Below, piece by piece: positions 40,031 through 50,913 of a stretch of 64,000 bases of DNA; the stretch's first letter is position 1, and the number at the start of each line of letters is the position of its first letter. The stretch is taken from the NCBI GenBank assembly GCA_965218435.1, contig CBDCKW010000009.1, forward strand, positions 1,056,001-1,120,000, in the 5' to 3' direction. The notes under the pieces are model-generated. The model was not told where the DNA came from. It did no database searches and saw only the letters and a list, made by a program, of their open reading frames with translations. Origin of the DNA: Truepera sp. Lineage in GTDB: Bacteria; Deinococcota; Deinococci; Deinococcales; Trueperaceae. Position numbers and translations under genes: made by a program.

Positions 40031-41551
40031 GTGATCTCCCGCCGAAAACTGCTCGCTTACGCCGGAGGACTGGGCGCGGCGACGCTCGGTGGTGCGTTGC
40101 TCGAGCCCTTCATCCGCGACCAGGGCTACCGCCGTCCGCAACTCGCCGCGCCACCACCCGGTCCACGCTACCGGGGGGAGCGCCCGAATATCACCTTAGT
40201 GCTTGTCGATGACCTGGCGGCGGGGGTGGTGGGCCGGAGCTCGAGCTTCCCCTTTTTAGAGACGCCGCATATAGACGCCTTAGCGCGTGAAGGCGCGTCG
40301 TTTCCCAACTCGTTTGTGCCGACTTCAGTCTGCTCACCGAGCCGCGCGAGTCTCTTAACCGGGACATACCCGCACACCCACGGCGTGCTCATCAACGATG
40401 TTAAAGACTTGGGCGCGGAGCCGCCCAACTTTCCGTCACTGCTCAAACGGGCTGGCTACGAAACCGGCTTTGTCGGCAAATGGCATATGGACAACGCCCG
40501 CTCCGACCCGCGTTTGGATTTTGACACCTGGCTCAGTTTTGCGGGGCAGGGTGTGTACGACAACCCGGTTTTGAACGAAAACGGGCGGGAGTATCGAGCG
40601 CACGGTTACGTCACCGACTTGCTAAGTAGCTACGCGGCAGGGTGGGTGCAGCGTCCGCGTGAGCGGCCCTTTTGCCTGATGCTGTCGCATAAGGCCATGC
40701 ACGTGCCGTTCGAGGCGGCGGCGCGGCACCGGTTTGCCTTTGCCGGGGCGCGGCTCCCGGAACCGGCCAACTTTAACGAAACCTTTGAGGGTAAACCCGC
40801 GTGGCAGCGCCGTTACAAGCTCTGCGGGTTGGGGCCGGACACGTGGGACGCGTGCAACCCTGATGATATTCCGGCATCACTACCGCTCGAGCCTTGGAAC
40901 CCACAAGATCACGAGCTTTTGACCTATTTGCGTACCTTACTCGCCGTAGATGACGGCGTAGGGCTCGTGCGGGCGGCGCTCGAAAGCGTCGGGCAGCTCG
41001 AGAACACCTTAATTATTTTCACCAGCGATAACGGGTTTTTGCTCGGTGCGCACCGGCTTTTCGACAAACGGGTGATGTATGAAGAGTCGCTCCGCGTGCC
41101 GCTTTTGCTGCGGTATCCGAAACGGATTACGGCGGGGTCGAAACCTAAGGGGATGGTCTCGAGCCTAGACCTCGCCCCGACGGTGTTAGAGCTGGCCGGG
41201 GTTGCGGTGCCGGAGACAGTGCAAGGCAGATCGCTCTGGCCGCTTTTAGAAGACGAGCAGGTAGCTTGGCGCGATACTCTCTTATATGAATACTTTCAGG
41301 AGTACGGCCCCGGCGTGCCGACGATTTTAGGCGTCCGCACTGAACGCTACAAGTACGTCACCTACCCGGATTTGCCTGAAGATATCGGCGAACTTTACGA
41401 CCTTAAAAAAGACCCCGGTGAGCTGCGCAATCTCATCGGCAAGCCGCAGTACGCAGACATCGTGCAGCTGATGCAGGGGCGGCTCGAGCACCAGCTCACT
41501 CAGACCGGTTATAGCCCCATAAAATATGAGCGGCCGACCACGGCACATTAA
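40031..41551 (+). CDS. Sulfatase (GlcNAc-6-sulfatase-like), Tat signal
   Basis: ISRRKLL, PNI..VLVDD, CSPSRASLLTG, GKWHM, SDNG, DKRVMYEES. Confidence 0.92.
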   Translation: MISRRKLLAYAGGLGAATLGGALLEPFIRDQGYRRPQLAAPPPGPRYRGERPNITLVLVDDLAAGVVGRSSSFPFLETPHIDALAREGASFPNSFVPTSVCSPSRASLLTGTYPHTHGVLINDVKDLGAEPPNFPSLLKRAGYETGFVGKWHMDNARSDPRLDFDTWLSFAGQGVYDNPVLNENGREYRAHGYVTDLLSSYAAGWVQRPRERPFCLMLSHKAMHVPFEAAARHRFAFAGARLPEPANFNETFEGKPAWQRRYKLCGLGPDTWDACNPDDIPASLPLEPWNPQDHELLTYLRTLLAVDDGVGLVRAALESVGQLENTLIIFTSDNGFLLGAHRLFDKRVMYEESLRVPLLLRYPKRITAGSKPKGMVSSLDLAPTVLELAGVAVPETVQGRSLWPLLEDEQVAWRDTLLYEYFQEYGPGVPTILGVRTERYKYVTYPDLPEDIGELYDLKKDPGELRNLIGKPQYADIVQLMQGRLEHQLTQTGYSPIKYERPTTAH

Positions 41552-41635
41552 ACTTGGCAAGTAAGTCAGCAGGTAAGTCAGACCATTTTTGTATCTTTAT
41601 ACTCGCGGATGCTACCTTATCGTTATGAGGTTCAT

Positions 41636-42787
41636 ATGTCGCTGCTAAATAAACCCCCTGCCGCACTCGCGTTAGAGGACGGCACCATCTACTACGGCTA
41701 CGCCTTTGGCTACCACGGCGAAACGGTCGGTGAGATTGTCTTTAACACCTCGATGACCGGCTACCAAGAAATCCTGACCGACCCCTCGTATTTCGGGCAG
41801 ATCGTCACCATGACGTACCCACACATCGGCAATTACGGCGTGTCGGTCTACGATATGGAGTCGAACCGGCCGTTTGCACGCGGCTTTATCGTCCGCGAGT
41901 TTTCACGTACCGCGTCGAACTACCGCGCTAATCAAGACCTCCAGAGCTTTATGGAAGAGCATCAGATTGTCGGCATCGAAGGGATTGATACGCGGGCTCT
42001 GACTCGGCGGCTCCGGCAAGGAGGCGTCGTCAAAGGTGTGATTCGGCACGGTGAACTGAGTAAGGCGGGCGGCGAGGCGCTCGTCGAACAGGCAAGGGCT
42101 CACGCCGACATTGACGGGCGCGACCTGACGCCCGAAGTGACGACGCCGCTGCCCTACGCGCGGCCGACGTTTAAGGACAACCCCAGGGTCGTCGTCATGG
42201 ATTTTGGCATCAAGCACTCGATTGTCTATAAGCTCGAGCAGGCCAACGCCGAGGTCATCGTCGTTCCGGCGCAAACAACGCCCGCGCAGATTATGGCGCT
42301 CAACCCTTACGGTTTAGTCATCGCCAACGGCCCTGGCGACCCGGCCGGGCCGAAATACGCGCACGATACGGTGTGGCAGATGTTGGGTCTGTTGCCGACC
42401 TACGGCATCTGTTTGGGTCATCAGCTTTTAGGCTTAGCCGTCGGCGGCACGACCTACAAGCTCAAACACGGCCATCACGGAGCCAACACGCCGGTGAAAA
42501 ACTTAGTAACCGGCGAGGTCGAAATCACCAGCCAAAACCACAACTACGCCGTAGACATCGCTTCAATTCCCAGCGGGCAGTTTCGCGCGACGCATGTGAA
42601 CTTAAATGATAGGACCTTAGAGGGGATGGCGCACACCCGTTACCCGGTGTTTAGCGTGCAGTATCACCCCGAAGCCAGCCCCGGCCCGCACGACGCGTCA
42701 TATTCGTTTCGGCGCTTTATCGAAGAGGTCAACGCGTTTGAGGGGGCAACGGCGCTACCCGCAGCGAAACAACTCGACGATTTATAG
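41636..42787 (+). CDS. carA: Carbamoyl-phosphate synthase small subunit
   Basis: [39 protein letters not shown]. Confidence 0.97.
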   Translation: MSLLNKPPAALALEDGTIYYGYAFGYHGETVGEIVFNTSMTGYQEILTDPSYFGQIVTMTYPHIGNYGVSVYDMESNRPFARGFIVREFSRTASNYRANQDLQSFMEEHQIVGIEGIDTRALTRRLRQGGVVKGVIRHGELSKAGGEALVEQARAHADIDGRDLTPEVTTPLPYARPTFKDNPRVVVMDFGIKHSIVYKLEQANAEVIVVPAQTTPAQIMALNPYGLVIANGPGDPAGPKYAHDTVWQMLGLLPTYGICLGHQLLGLAVGGTTYKLKHGHHGANTPVKNLVTGEVEITSQNHNYAVDIASIPSGQFRATHVNLNDRTLEGMAHTRYPVFSVQYHPEASPGPHDASYSFRRFIEEVNAFEGATALPAAKQLDDL

Positions 42788-42913
42788 CATTTCCAAAAGA
42801 GACTGTACCAAGCTTCATCTCTTAGGGGTACGTGCTGGTCGGCTAAACTCAGACAGAGCGCGTTGCTGACCAGATGATACCTGCTTCTGCTGTAAGAATA
42901 TCAGCGGAGCTTT

Positions 42914-43633
42914 TTATGTAGCGCTCGAGCGGCGCACTTCGCGGACTAAAACAAACGCCTCGGCTGCTCTAAGGTTGACAGTAGAGCCGCGCAGCTGCGC
43001 GAGGGCCGTGATGGACTCGAGCGAGCGTTCATTGGGAAAGTCCCGCAGCTGACTGCTGTAAGCGCGCATCGCTGCCAGTTTGACCTCGAGCGTCCCCGTG
43101 ATGTCAAAAAAGGCCGTCGGCAAAAATCCGGGCGTAAGGAGCGGCGCGTTCCAGTTGGTTTCAGACAGCGTTTCGTAGGCGTAAATCCGTGCGGGTACTG
43201 CCACACCGTTGGGGCGCGCCGCGACCATCGCCGCGTTAAAAATAATCTGATGGTCGAGGTGAATGTCACCTAAAAAGGGAACGAAAAGCGTGGTCGGCGC
43301 GACCTTCTGCATCACCTCGGCGAGTGCTCCGTTGACCTCAGCTTGCGGAATTGTGTCCAGATAAGCTGCGGGCAACTGGTCTAAAAAATAGGTTTCGTTG
43401 ACCCCTAAAAGCTCGTGGGCGTGCGCCGCTTCTCGTCTGACGGTCTCGACCTGCTCGGGGCTAAAGTGACGCGCTTGCCCTTTACTGGTGATACAGACGA
43501 CGACGCGGTGACCCTGAGCCGCGAGGCTGGCAATGGTACCCCCGACACCGAGCACTTCGTCGTCGGGGTGAGGCGCAAAAATGAGAACGGTTTCTCGAGG
43601 CTCAGTCAAGGGTTTAATCATAGGTTTAGTCAT
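42914..43633 (-). CDS. PIG-L/LmbE family deacetylase
   Basis: APHPDDEVLG, DIHLDH, YETLSET. Confidence 0.9.
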   Translation of the reverse strand: MTKPMIKPLTEPRETVLIFAPHPDDEVLGVGGTIASLAAQGHRVVVCITSKGQARHFSPEQVETVRREAAHAHELLGVNETYFLDQLPAAYLDTIPQAEVNGALAEVMQKVAPTTLFVPFLGDIHLDHQIIFNAAMVAARPNGVAVPARIYAYETLSETNWNAPLLTPGFLPTAFFDITGTLEVKLAAMRAYSSQLRDFPNERSLESITALAQLRGSTVNLRAAEAFVLVREVRRSSAT

Positions 43634-44591
43634 GCGTCTCCTGGGTACGTGACAGCGACGTGTAGAGCTCGAGCCAGTTGATACCCAGCTGGTCGTGGAC
43701 TTTGAGAACCTCTCGAGCGGGGCGAACACCGTCAGCCGTTTCTACTTCTGAGACCAGAATGTGCTGCTTGTCGCCGCACTGAATCAGCGCCCCGTCAGCT
43801 GAGAGCTGCTGCACTTGCCCCGGCAACCCCCAATAAGGGGCCTCGCCCACCAAGGTCGCCTCCCAAAGCACCAGCTTGTCCCCTTTGTAAAAGGTAAACG
43901 CGCCCGGATACGGTCGGCTTACGGCGCGGATGAGCGTCCACACCTCGTCTGCGCCTTCATGCCAGTCAATCAGACCGTCATCGGCTGTGCGTTTAGCGCA
44001 GTAACTCGCGCCCGTTTGGGGTTGCGGGTGACGGGGCGGAGACCCACTCTCCAAAAGGGGCAACGCTGTGGCCATCAACTCACGCAGGAGCTCGAGCTGT
44101 TTGGCGTAGAGCGTGGTGACGGTTTCGTCGGGGTGTAAGGCCAGCTCGCGCTGCACCAAAATGTCTCCCGAATCAACCCCTCGGTCGAGCCAGAACAGCG
44201 TCGCCCCGGTGCGGCGCTGCCGCTGCAAGATCGTCCAGGGGAGAACGGCGCGACCGCGATTTTCCGGGATCAGGGCCGGGTGGTAACCGAGCAGCTGAGC
44301 GTCAAGCGCGAAAAATCCTTCACGCAAAATCTGCGACCAGCCGATGACCATCAGGTAATCCGGGTCCAGTTCGCGGAGCTGCGCTAGCACCTCGGGGCGG
44401 TTGACGTTGGCCGTTTCGATGACCTTGACGTTGTGCTCTGCTGCGAGCGGACGCAGGTCAACAAAGTCGGAGTGTCTGCTCGAGCGGCTGAGCGGGAGCG
44501 TCAGAAGCGCGAGCGGCGGCGTCCCATAGTCAATTAGGCATTCAAGGGCGACGCGGGTGCTGTCAACCGCGCCGATAAGTACGATGTTCAT
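43626..44591 (-). CDS. Fmt-like (sugar N-)formyltransferase
   Basis: IGWSQI, YHPALIP.NRGRA..W, GVDSGDI, RAVSRPYPGAF. Confidence 0.88.
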   Translation of the reverse strand: MNIVLIGAVDSTRVALECLIDYGTPPLALLTLPLSRSSRHSDFVDLRPLAAEHNVKVIETANVNRPEVLAQLRELDPDYLMVIGWSQILREGFFALDAQLLGYHPALIPENRGRAVLPWTILQRQRRTGATLFWLDRGVDSGDILVQRELALHPDETVTTLYAKQLELLRELMATALPLLESGSPPRHPQPQTGASYCAKRTADDGLIDWHEGADEVWTLIRAVSRPYPGAFTFYKGDKLVLWEATLVGEAPYWGLPGQVQQLSADGALIQCGDKQHILVSEVETADGVRPAREVLKVHDQLGINWLELYTSLSRTQETHD

Positions 44592-45198
44592 ATCTCTGCG
44601 CCTCCTCGAGCGCGTGCTGATTGGGTTTTTCACCGAACAAAACGACTTCGGCGGTGCGGAGTAAAATCTGCAGGTCAAACCCAAGCGACCAGTGATCCAC
44701 GTAAAAGACGTCGAGGGCGATGCGTTCGTCCCAAGTGAGTTCAATATTGCCGTTGACCTGCGCCCAGCCCGTCACACCGGGTTGAAGCCGTAAACGGCGT
44801 TTTTGAAAGGTGTCGTACAGGGCTGCTTGCTCGAGCAGGGTGGGGCGCGGCCCGACGAGGCTCAGCTCGCCCCGTAAAACGTTAAAGAGCTGCGGGAGTT
44901 CATCAATTTTCAGGCGTCTGATCACCCGGCCCGTGCGCGTGACCAGCGGGTGCGCTCCGGTCACCGTGCCCATCGTCGTGACGTCGGCGTCATTGACCTT
45001 CATACTGCGAAACTTGAAGATACTAAAGGCGGTGTCACCCCGACCGGCGCGTTTTTGGCTGAAAAAGACCGGGCGACCGTCCTCGAGCAAAATCAGCAGT
45101 ACGGTCACGAGCAGTAGGGGAGACAAAATGAATAGGACGGCCGAAGCGACGGTGAGGTCGAGTGCACGTTTGACGAACAGCGAGAGAGTACGAATCAT
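44563..45198 (-). CDS. Small phosphoglycosyl transferase (PglC-type sugar transferase)
   Basis: KRALD, KFRSM, IDELPQLFNVLRGELSLVGPRP, PGVTGWAQVNG. Confidence 0.93.
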   Translation of the reverse strand: MIRTLSLFVKRALDLTVASAVLFILSPLLLVTVLLILLEDGRPVFFSQKRAGRGDTAFSIFKFRSMKVNDADVTTMGTVTGAHPLVTRTGRVIRRLKIDELPQLFNVLRGELSLVGPRPTLLEQAALYDTFQKRRLRLQPGVTGWAQVNGNIELTWDERIALDVFYVDHWSLGFDLQILLRTAEVVLFGEKPNQHALEEAQRYEHRTYRRG

Positions 45199-45257
45199 GC
45201 TCCCCAACGCTAACATCCCAGCAACCTAAAACGGCGTACTTTTGTCCGGCACCAAGC

Positions 45258-45692
45258 TCAGTTGAGCGGCCGAACAAACTTGATCGGATCGTCCTTTGAA
45301 CGTCGCTGCCGTGCTAACAAGTACGCGCCCAACCCGAGCGGCCCCGCAAAAAGCGTGATGAGCACATAGACTCGAGGCTCCATGCCCCAGTATTTAGCGT
45401 CACGGAAAATCCACACGCCCGCGAAGAGGTCGAGGGTCAACAGATGTGCCCACACCGCCAAAAAGCCCCACTCGAGGCTCAGCCCGCGCCGTAAACCGTC
45501 AAGCGACAAATCAAAGCCTGAACCGGTAGCTAGCGCCCCTAAGAGAAGGAGCGTGTAAACTCCAGCCAGTACGATATACGGCCAGTACGCCTGCACCAGC
45601 CGCTGCGTAAAACGCGTTTTGGGAAAGAGCAGCATCCCGAGCCAGAGCGGGAGCGGCAAGACGTTGAGAAGACTAAAGACGGTTTCGGCCAT
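45258..45692 (-). CDS. ABA4-like (DUF4281) membrane protein
   Basis: PLWLGM..P..RFT, WAHLL.LDLFAG.WI..DA, FAGPLGL..YL. Confidence 0.8.
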   Translation of the reverse strand: MAETVFSLLNVLPLPLWLGMLLFPKTRFTQRLVQAYWPYIVLAGVYTLLLLGALATGSGFDLSLDGLRRGLSLEWGFLAVWAHLLTLDLFAGVWIFRDAKYWGMEPRVYVLITLFAGPLGLGAYLLARQRRSKDDPIKFVRPLN

Positions 45693-45826
45693 GCTTTAGT
45701 CTAACGGACACAGCCAGGGCAGTTGGACTAGACGTTGCGGAAAATATAGGAGTCAGTGGTAAGCATTCAGAAGTCAGTAGGTGCCTACGTTTGCCCTAAT
45801 TTCTCGTTTTGTATTTCAGCTAAAAT

Positions 45827-47188
45827 CTAAAGCGTCATAAACAGGTTGTTGAGCGATTCGCTCAGCGTCGGGTGGGCGAAGGGGGAATCGCGCAGCGCGG
45901 TGTAAGGCAGCTTGCCCAGCATCGCTACCTGCAAGACGCTCATCACTTCGCCGCCCTCGAGTCCTAAAATCGCTGCCCCTAAAATTTGGTCGGTCTCCGG
46001 GTCTACGAGCGCCTTCATAAAGCCCCGAGTCTGACCCGTTTCAATCGCCCGCGCCACGCTGCTCATCGGCAGTTTGGCGACCTTAAACGCCTTCCCCTGC
46101 GCCTCAGCGTCTCGTTCGCCTAGCCCCACCCGCCCGAGCTGCGGGTCCATAAAGACCGTGTAAGGCACGATGCGACCTTCCGTGCTGCGGTCGCCGCCAT
46201 CTAATAGATTTGCCTTAAGGATACGAAAGTCGTCATACGAGATATGGGTAAATGCCGGTCCGCCTTTGATGTCGCCGAGGGCGTACACACCGGGGACGTT
46301 GGTCTCGAGCTTGTCGCTGACCTCGATATAACCCTTGGCGTCCGTGTGGATGCCAGCCGCCCCCAGATTTAAGAAGTTGCTGTTGGGCGTGCGTCCGGTC
46401 GCCACCAATAGATGTGAACCCGAAACGCTCTCGCCGCCTTTTAGCGAGAGGGTTACACCGTTTTCAGAACTGATTTTCTCGGTTGTTGCGCCGAGCAGCA
46501 CCGTCACGCCGTCCTCACGTAAAATATCGGCTACCGCGTCCGCGACGTCTTGGTCTTCACGCGGGAGGAGCTGCTTACCGCGCTGAATAATCGTTACCTC
46601 GCTCCCAAAACGGCGGAACATCTGGGCAAACTCGAGCCCGATGTACCCGCCGCCCAAGATGACCAAGTGCTCAGGTACTTCGCCCAGTTCCATAATCGAC
46701 GTCGAGGTCAAAAAGGGTGTATCTTTAAGTCCTTCAACCGGCGGAATACTGGGCCGTTCCCCAGCGTTGATGGCAATCGTCTCGGCGCTGAGCATTCGCT
46801 GGCCGCCGCCATTAAGCGCCACCGCGACCGTCTTCTCACCTGTAAACGTCGCTTCGCCCCAGATCAGCTCGATCTGCTCATTTTTCTCAAGGCTCTTCTG
46901 GTTGCCGTCTCTAAACGACGCGACCACCTCGTCTTTACGCGCCCTCACTTGCGCCATAGCTACGCTGACCGGCCCCGTATGCACGCCGAAGTCGGTGGAG
47001 CGGCCCGCAAGATACGCGGTCTTGGCGCTCGCCACCATTGTTTTGGTCGGCGTACAGCCTTCGTTGACGCAGGTTCCGCCGACGTGTTTACGTTCGATAA
47101 GCGCGACGCGTTGGCCTGCCGCTGCCGCCGCACTTGCCAGCGGGCCACCTGCTTGCCCGGAACCGATAACAATGAGATCAAAGTCCAT
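45827..47188 (-). CDS. Pyridine nucleotide-disulfide oxidoreductase (MerA/RclA-like, no C-terminal Cys pair)
   Basis: [40 protein letters not shown]. Confidence 0.85.
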   Translation of the reverse strand: MDFDLIVIGSGQAGGPLASAAAAAGQRVALIERKHVGGTCVNEGCTPTKTMVASAKTAYLAGRSTDFGVHTGPVSVAMAQVRARKDEVVASFRDGNQKSLEKNEQIELIWGEATFTGEKTVAVALNGGGQRMLSAETIAINAGERPSIPPVEGLKDTPFLTSTSIMELGEVPEHLVILGGGYIGLEFAQMFRRFGSEVTIIQRGKQLLPREDQDVADAVADILREDGVTVLLGATTEKISSENGVTLSLKGGESVSGSHLLVATGRTPNSNFLNLGAAGIHTDAKGYIEVSDKLETNVPGVYALGDIKGGPAFTHISYDDFRILKANLLDGGDRSTEGRIVPYTVFMDPQLGRVGLGERDAEAQGKAFKVAKLPMSSVARAIETGQTRGFMKALVDPETDQILGAAILGLEGGEVMSVLQVAMLGKLPYTALRDSPFAHPTLSESLNNLFMTL

Positions 47189-47411
47189 GTTTTACGTTAT
47201 CGCATGTCCCGGTAGTATGGATGTACGTCATTTAACGCACTAAAGGCTGACGTACGATCTTAAAGTGCGTACCAAAGGGTCTTTACCTACATTCACCGTT
47301 AGGAGGCTGCACCAGCAAAGGCAGCACGGAAGGTTGCTGCCTTTATTGATGGGTCCAGAACTGAGCTGCCTCGAGCCTTGATGCCTGCTTCTCACTTGCT
47401 ACTTCTAAGGG

Positions 47412-48599
47412 TTAAAGCCCGCTGTAAAGCAGCCGGTTGGGAGCCCCACCGGTATCATGCAGTTTGCTCTTCGTCGTTTGCGCCTCGAGAAGACGCGTCA
47501 CTAAAGCAGGGGACGCGCTCCGGTTTTTCTCCAAGATAAGCGCGGCGACCCCGGCGGCGTGCGGGGCTGCCATCGAAGTTCCGCTCATCGTCAGGCTGCC
47601 CCTCAGCCCCGCCGACGTGACGTCTTCACCGGGAGCGAAGACGTCTACACAGCGTCCACGGTTGCTGCCCTGCCAGAGTTTATCTTGACGGTTGCTGGCC
47701 CCGACCGTCAGCACTTCGGGGACGTGGGCCGGTGAAACGTTGCAGGCGTCGCTACCTTCGTTGCCCGCAGCGACGACGACCGTTACGTTTTGTGAGACGA
47801 GCGCCGCGACCGCCTCGTCAATCGCTCGAGATTTCGGAGACTCGAGGCTCATGTTCGCTACCGACGGGCCGGTGTGGTTGAAGTTCACCCAATCGATCCC
47901 GCTGATCACCGCTGAGTTCGACGATTCGCCGTTACAGCTAAATACCCGTACCGCAACCAGCTTGACACCTTTAGCCACGCCGTAAGTTTTGCCGCCGAGG
48001 GTACCTGCGACGTGCGTGCCGTGACCGTAACAGTCGGTGTAACCGTGACCGTCGTCAACCGCCGTAATCCCGCCGACCAAGCGGTCACCGAACTCGCTCC
48101 CGCCGCGAATCCCAGAGTCAATCACATACGCCGTAACGCCTCGCCCCGTCGCCCGGTAACGGTAGCGGCCGTTTAGCGGTAAACTCCGCTGGTCGAGGCG
48201 GTCGAGACCCCAGCTCGGCCGACTCTGGGTTTGAATTTGGGTACCGCTCAGTTTAACCACACGGTCGGGTTCGGCGTAGCGGACGCGCGGGTCGGACTCG
48301 AGTCGTGCGAGCGCCGCCTCGTCTACTCCAGCGGCGACGAAACCGTAAATTACCGCTAAAGTCTGAACGTTTTGCACGCCGAGCGAGGCGGCCACGGCGG
48401 TGGGCTCGAGGCTCATTTGCGGTTGTACAGTTTGCGCACCCCGTTCGGGACGCTCGAGCGCGACAATATACTGACCCGGAATCGTGGCTGCGGTGTCTGT
48501 GGCCGCTTGCGGTGCATCAGAAACACGGGCACACGCGGCTAACAGCGTAGCACTGCATAAGAGGGTGAACAAGAGGTTGGTGTAACTGGTGTGACGCAT
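47412..48599 (-). CDS. S8 serine protease (aqualysin/proteinase K-like) lipoprotein with I9 propeptide
   Basis: LAAC lipobox, WGLDRLDQ, IDSG, HGTHVAG, AAGN, SGTSMAAPH. Confidence 0.93.
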   Translation of the reverse strand: MRHTSYTNLLFTLLCSATLLAACARVSDAPQAATDTAATIPGQYIVALERPERGAQTVQPQMSLEPTAVAASLGVQNVQTLAVIYGFVAAGVDEAALARLESDPRVRYAEPDRVVKLSGTQIQTQSRPSWGLDRLDQRSLPLNGRYRYRATGRGVTAYVIDSGIRGGSEFGDRLVGGITAVDDGHGYTDCYGHGTHVAGTLGGKTYGVAKGVKLVAVRVFSCNGESSNSAVISGIDWVNFNHTGPSVANMSLESPKSRAIDEAVAALVSQNVTVVVAAGNEGSDACNVSPAHVPEVLTVGASNRQDKLWQGSNRGRCVDVFAPGEDVTSAGLRGSLTMSGTSMAAPHAAGVAALILEKNRSASPALVTRLLEAQTTKSKLHDTGGAPNRLLYSGL

Positions 48600-48787
48600 A
48601 CTTTCTCCCTGACATTTGCTCCCTGGCATCTGCTGCGCAGACCCCTACTCTATGTCAACACTGCCCTAACAGATGCAAAAAATTTAGCTTGCATCAGGAG
48701 GTTCAAGGTGAGTATAAAGCGGCTTTTGTGGCTTTGATGAGCGCCACTAGCTACTTTGATGAAGCTCTGTTTAACTGCCGGGTTTAG

Positions 48788-49231
48788 CTATTGGGCGGGA
48801 CCCAGCCACACCGTCACGGGGCCGTCGTTGAGTAAACTCACCTGCATGTCCGCGCCGAACTTACCTGTTTGTACCTCGAGCCCCTGTGCCCTGAGCTGTT
48901 CGGCAAAGTAAAGGTAAAGTGCCTCGGCTTCAGCCGGAGGTGCTGCGCCCGTAAAACTCGGGCGGTTACCCCTCGAGGTATCGGCATAGAGCGTAAACTG
49001 ACTCGCCACGAGCGCGGCGTTGCCAGCTTCTCTCACACTGAGGTTCATCTTGCCCGCGTCGTCGTTAAAGATTCTCAGTTTGGCGATTTTCACCGCGAGG
49101 GTGTCGGTGTCCTTTTGAGTGTCACCGTGACCGACGCCGAGCAAGACGAGGAGACCCGGCCCGATCTCGCCGACGGTCTGCCCTGCGACCGTCACACGGG
49201 CAAAAGTGACCCGCTGTAAAAGTGCGCGCAC
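48788..49231 (-). CDS. dtd: D-aminoacyl-tRNA deacylase
   Basis: MRALLQRV, SQFTL, GNRPSF, NDGPVT. Confidence 0.96.
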   Translation of the reverse strand: MRALLQRVTFARVTVAGQTVGEIGPGLLVLLGVGHGDTQKDTDTLAVKIAKLRIFNDDAGKMNLSVREAGNAALVASQFTLYADTSRGNRPSFTGAAPPAEAEALYLYFAEQLRAQGLEVQTGKFGADMQVSLLNDGPVTVWLGPAQ

Positions 49232-49246
49232 GGTTAGGTTGCCAGC

Positions 49247-49534
49247 TCAGCTCTCGAGCGGTGATTTGTCCGGGTGCTTGGCTGGAAACTCGGCGAGCCG
49301 CCCCTGCACGGTCTCGAGCGCGTGGTGCAGCGTACTCCGCTCGGTCTCATCTAAGTTGCCGTTCGTTTTTTGCTGGAGCATCTTGAGGAGGTCTAAACTC
49401 CGTTCGCCGGTTCGCCGCGCGAGCACGCCGTCTCGGGCGAGGTGCCGCACCATCGGGCTGTCGGCCTCGCCCAACGCGGCCTCCGCCGAGGCGAGCAGCG
49501 AATGCACCAGGCCGATAAAGCGGGGATCACTCAT
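49247..49534 (-). CDS. DUF1844-domain protein
   Basis: F.GLV.SL...A..ALG, LDLL.ML..KT.GNL...E. Confidence 0.75.
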   Translation of the reverse strand: MSDPRFIGLVHSLLASAEAALGEADSPMVRHLARDGVLARRTGERSLDLLKMLQQKTNGNLDETERSTLHHALETVQGRLAEFPAKHPDKSPLES

Positions 49535-49547
49535 CTTCTGGTACTCA

Positions 49548-50171
49548 TTAAAAAAGCCCGTCTTGCTGCGCACTGTCAATCACCAGCGAACTCGCCGGTT
49601 TCGGCCCGAGGGCGTCGAGCGTTTCTTTAAGCGTGCGGATGTCTTCCCACATAAGCCATTTGGGAGAGCCTTTTTCGCGGCTCGGGTTACGGAGCAAATA
49701 GGCGGGGTGAAACATCGGAAAGATGCGGATGTTGTGCCACTCGAACCATTTGCCGCGCGTTTTGGTGATGCCGTCTTTCGTTCCGGCAAAATACTGCGTG
49801 GGAAAGTTGCCCAGCGTCGCAATGATCTGCGGACGAATCAGCTTGAGCTGTTCTAATAAGACCGGCTCGGACGCCAAAATCTCGTCGGGTTTGGGGTTGC
49901 GGTTATTTGGCGGGCGGTACTTGAGGATATTGGTGATGTAAATGTCCTCACGTTCGATATGCCCGCTTTCTAAAATGCGGTCTAACAGCTGTCCGGCGCG
50001 CCCGACGAAGGGGCGGCCCTGCGCGTCCTCGTCTTCACCGGGCGCTTCGCCGATAATCACGAGGTCGGCGTCGGGGTTGCCTTCGCCGAACACGAGGTTG
50101 GCCGCCAGTTCTGAGAGCGCACCGGATCGGGCCGTGTCTTTGGCTTGTTGCTCTAATTCCAAAAGCGTCAT
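49548..50171 (-). CDS. Family-4 uracil-DNA glycosylase without cysteines
   Basis: [36 protein letters not shown] in place of KCRPP. Confidence 0.9.
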   Translation of the reverse strand: MTLLELEQQAKDTARSGALSELAANLVFGEGNPDADLVIIGEAPGEDEDAQGRPFVGRAGQLLDRILESGHIEREDIYITNILKYRPPNNRNPKPDEILASEPVLLEQLKLIRPQIIATLGNFPTQYFAGTKDGITKTRGKWFEWHNIRIFPMFHPAYLLRNPSREKGSPKWLMWEDIRTLKETLDALGPKPASSLVIDSAQQDGLF

Positions 50172-50286
50172 AGCCAGATTTTACCCTAGCCCCCAGCCCC
50201 AAACCACGTGTCAGGGTGCGAACTTACGCCGAAGCTAAGTTTGGTAACGCCCCCGCACGTTGCCGATATTTTTAGTGCGTGTATTT

Positions 50287-50670
50287 TTAGTGCGTACCGT
50301 TTTGGGACAGCTTGGGCCGCTGACTCCGTACCTCACGGCGAACTTTGGGCTCGAGGCCGATCATCAAAAAAAAGTTTTCCAGAGCGTTTTCTTGCCCTTT
50401 GATGTCAATATGTTCGCTTTCGCCGGTACCCGTGACAAACGGCAGCTCTTTGTAACAGTTGAGCGCGTGCATGACGACGGCGTTCGGGGGCTGCGTTTCG
50501 GCGATTTCAGCGAGGCGGGCGTAGATGCTGCGGCGCGCTTCGGCGTGCGCACAAAAGGCTTCAGGATTATCGGTCTCAGGCGCTCTCAGTACGTCTTGTC
50601 TGGCGATGCGGCGGTAGTGCTTAAGTCCTCTAAGAATCTCGTCTGAGCTTAACACAACCCTTACATCCAT
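50287..50670 (-). CDS. Hypothetical protein
   Basis: 127-aa ORF with GGGG/AAGG RBS and typical codon usage. Confidence 0.7.
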   Translation of the reverse strand: MDVRVVLSSDEILRGLKHYRRIARQDVLRAPETDNPEAFCAHAEARRSIYARLAEIAETQPPNAVVMHALNCYKELPFVTGTGESEHIDIKGQENALENFFLMIGLEPKVRREVRSQRPKLSQNGTH

Positions 50671-50913
50671 CAGTTACGCCCCCTTGTGTAATGCCGAAGC
50701 TTTTGTTGACATAATTGCCCCGGATTATAGCAGGTCTGTCTTAGCGTAGCGGTGTTCGCCAAACAAGTCAGCTGGCTCCTAAGCTAAACGCCTCGAGCAG
50801 AAGTGGTGGCGTTCTCGAGCCGTAAAACTTACAAGCTGATAAAAAACTTGCAACCCGACACCGCCAACTGACAAGACCGAAAACTTAGCTGTTGGTCAAA
50901 TCAAGGCGGCGGT

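Noticed and set aside
43626..44591. Methionyl-tRNA formyltransferase fmt
   Set aside because: Lacks the GTP.FA N-terminal motif and sits in a sugar-modification operon.
45827..47188. Mercuric reductase merA
   Set aside because: Lacks the C-terminal Cys-Cys pair and any mer operon context.
46550..47243. Long antisense ORFs (also e.g. 53337..53972 and 49206..49856)
   Set aside because: Shadow frames of well-supported genes in GC-rich DNA.
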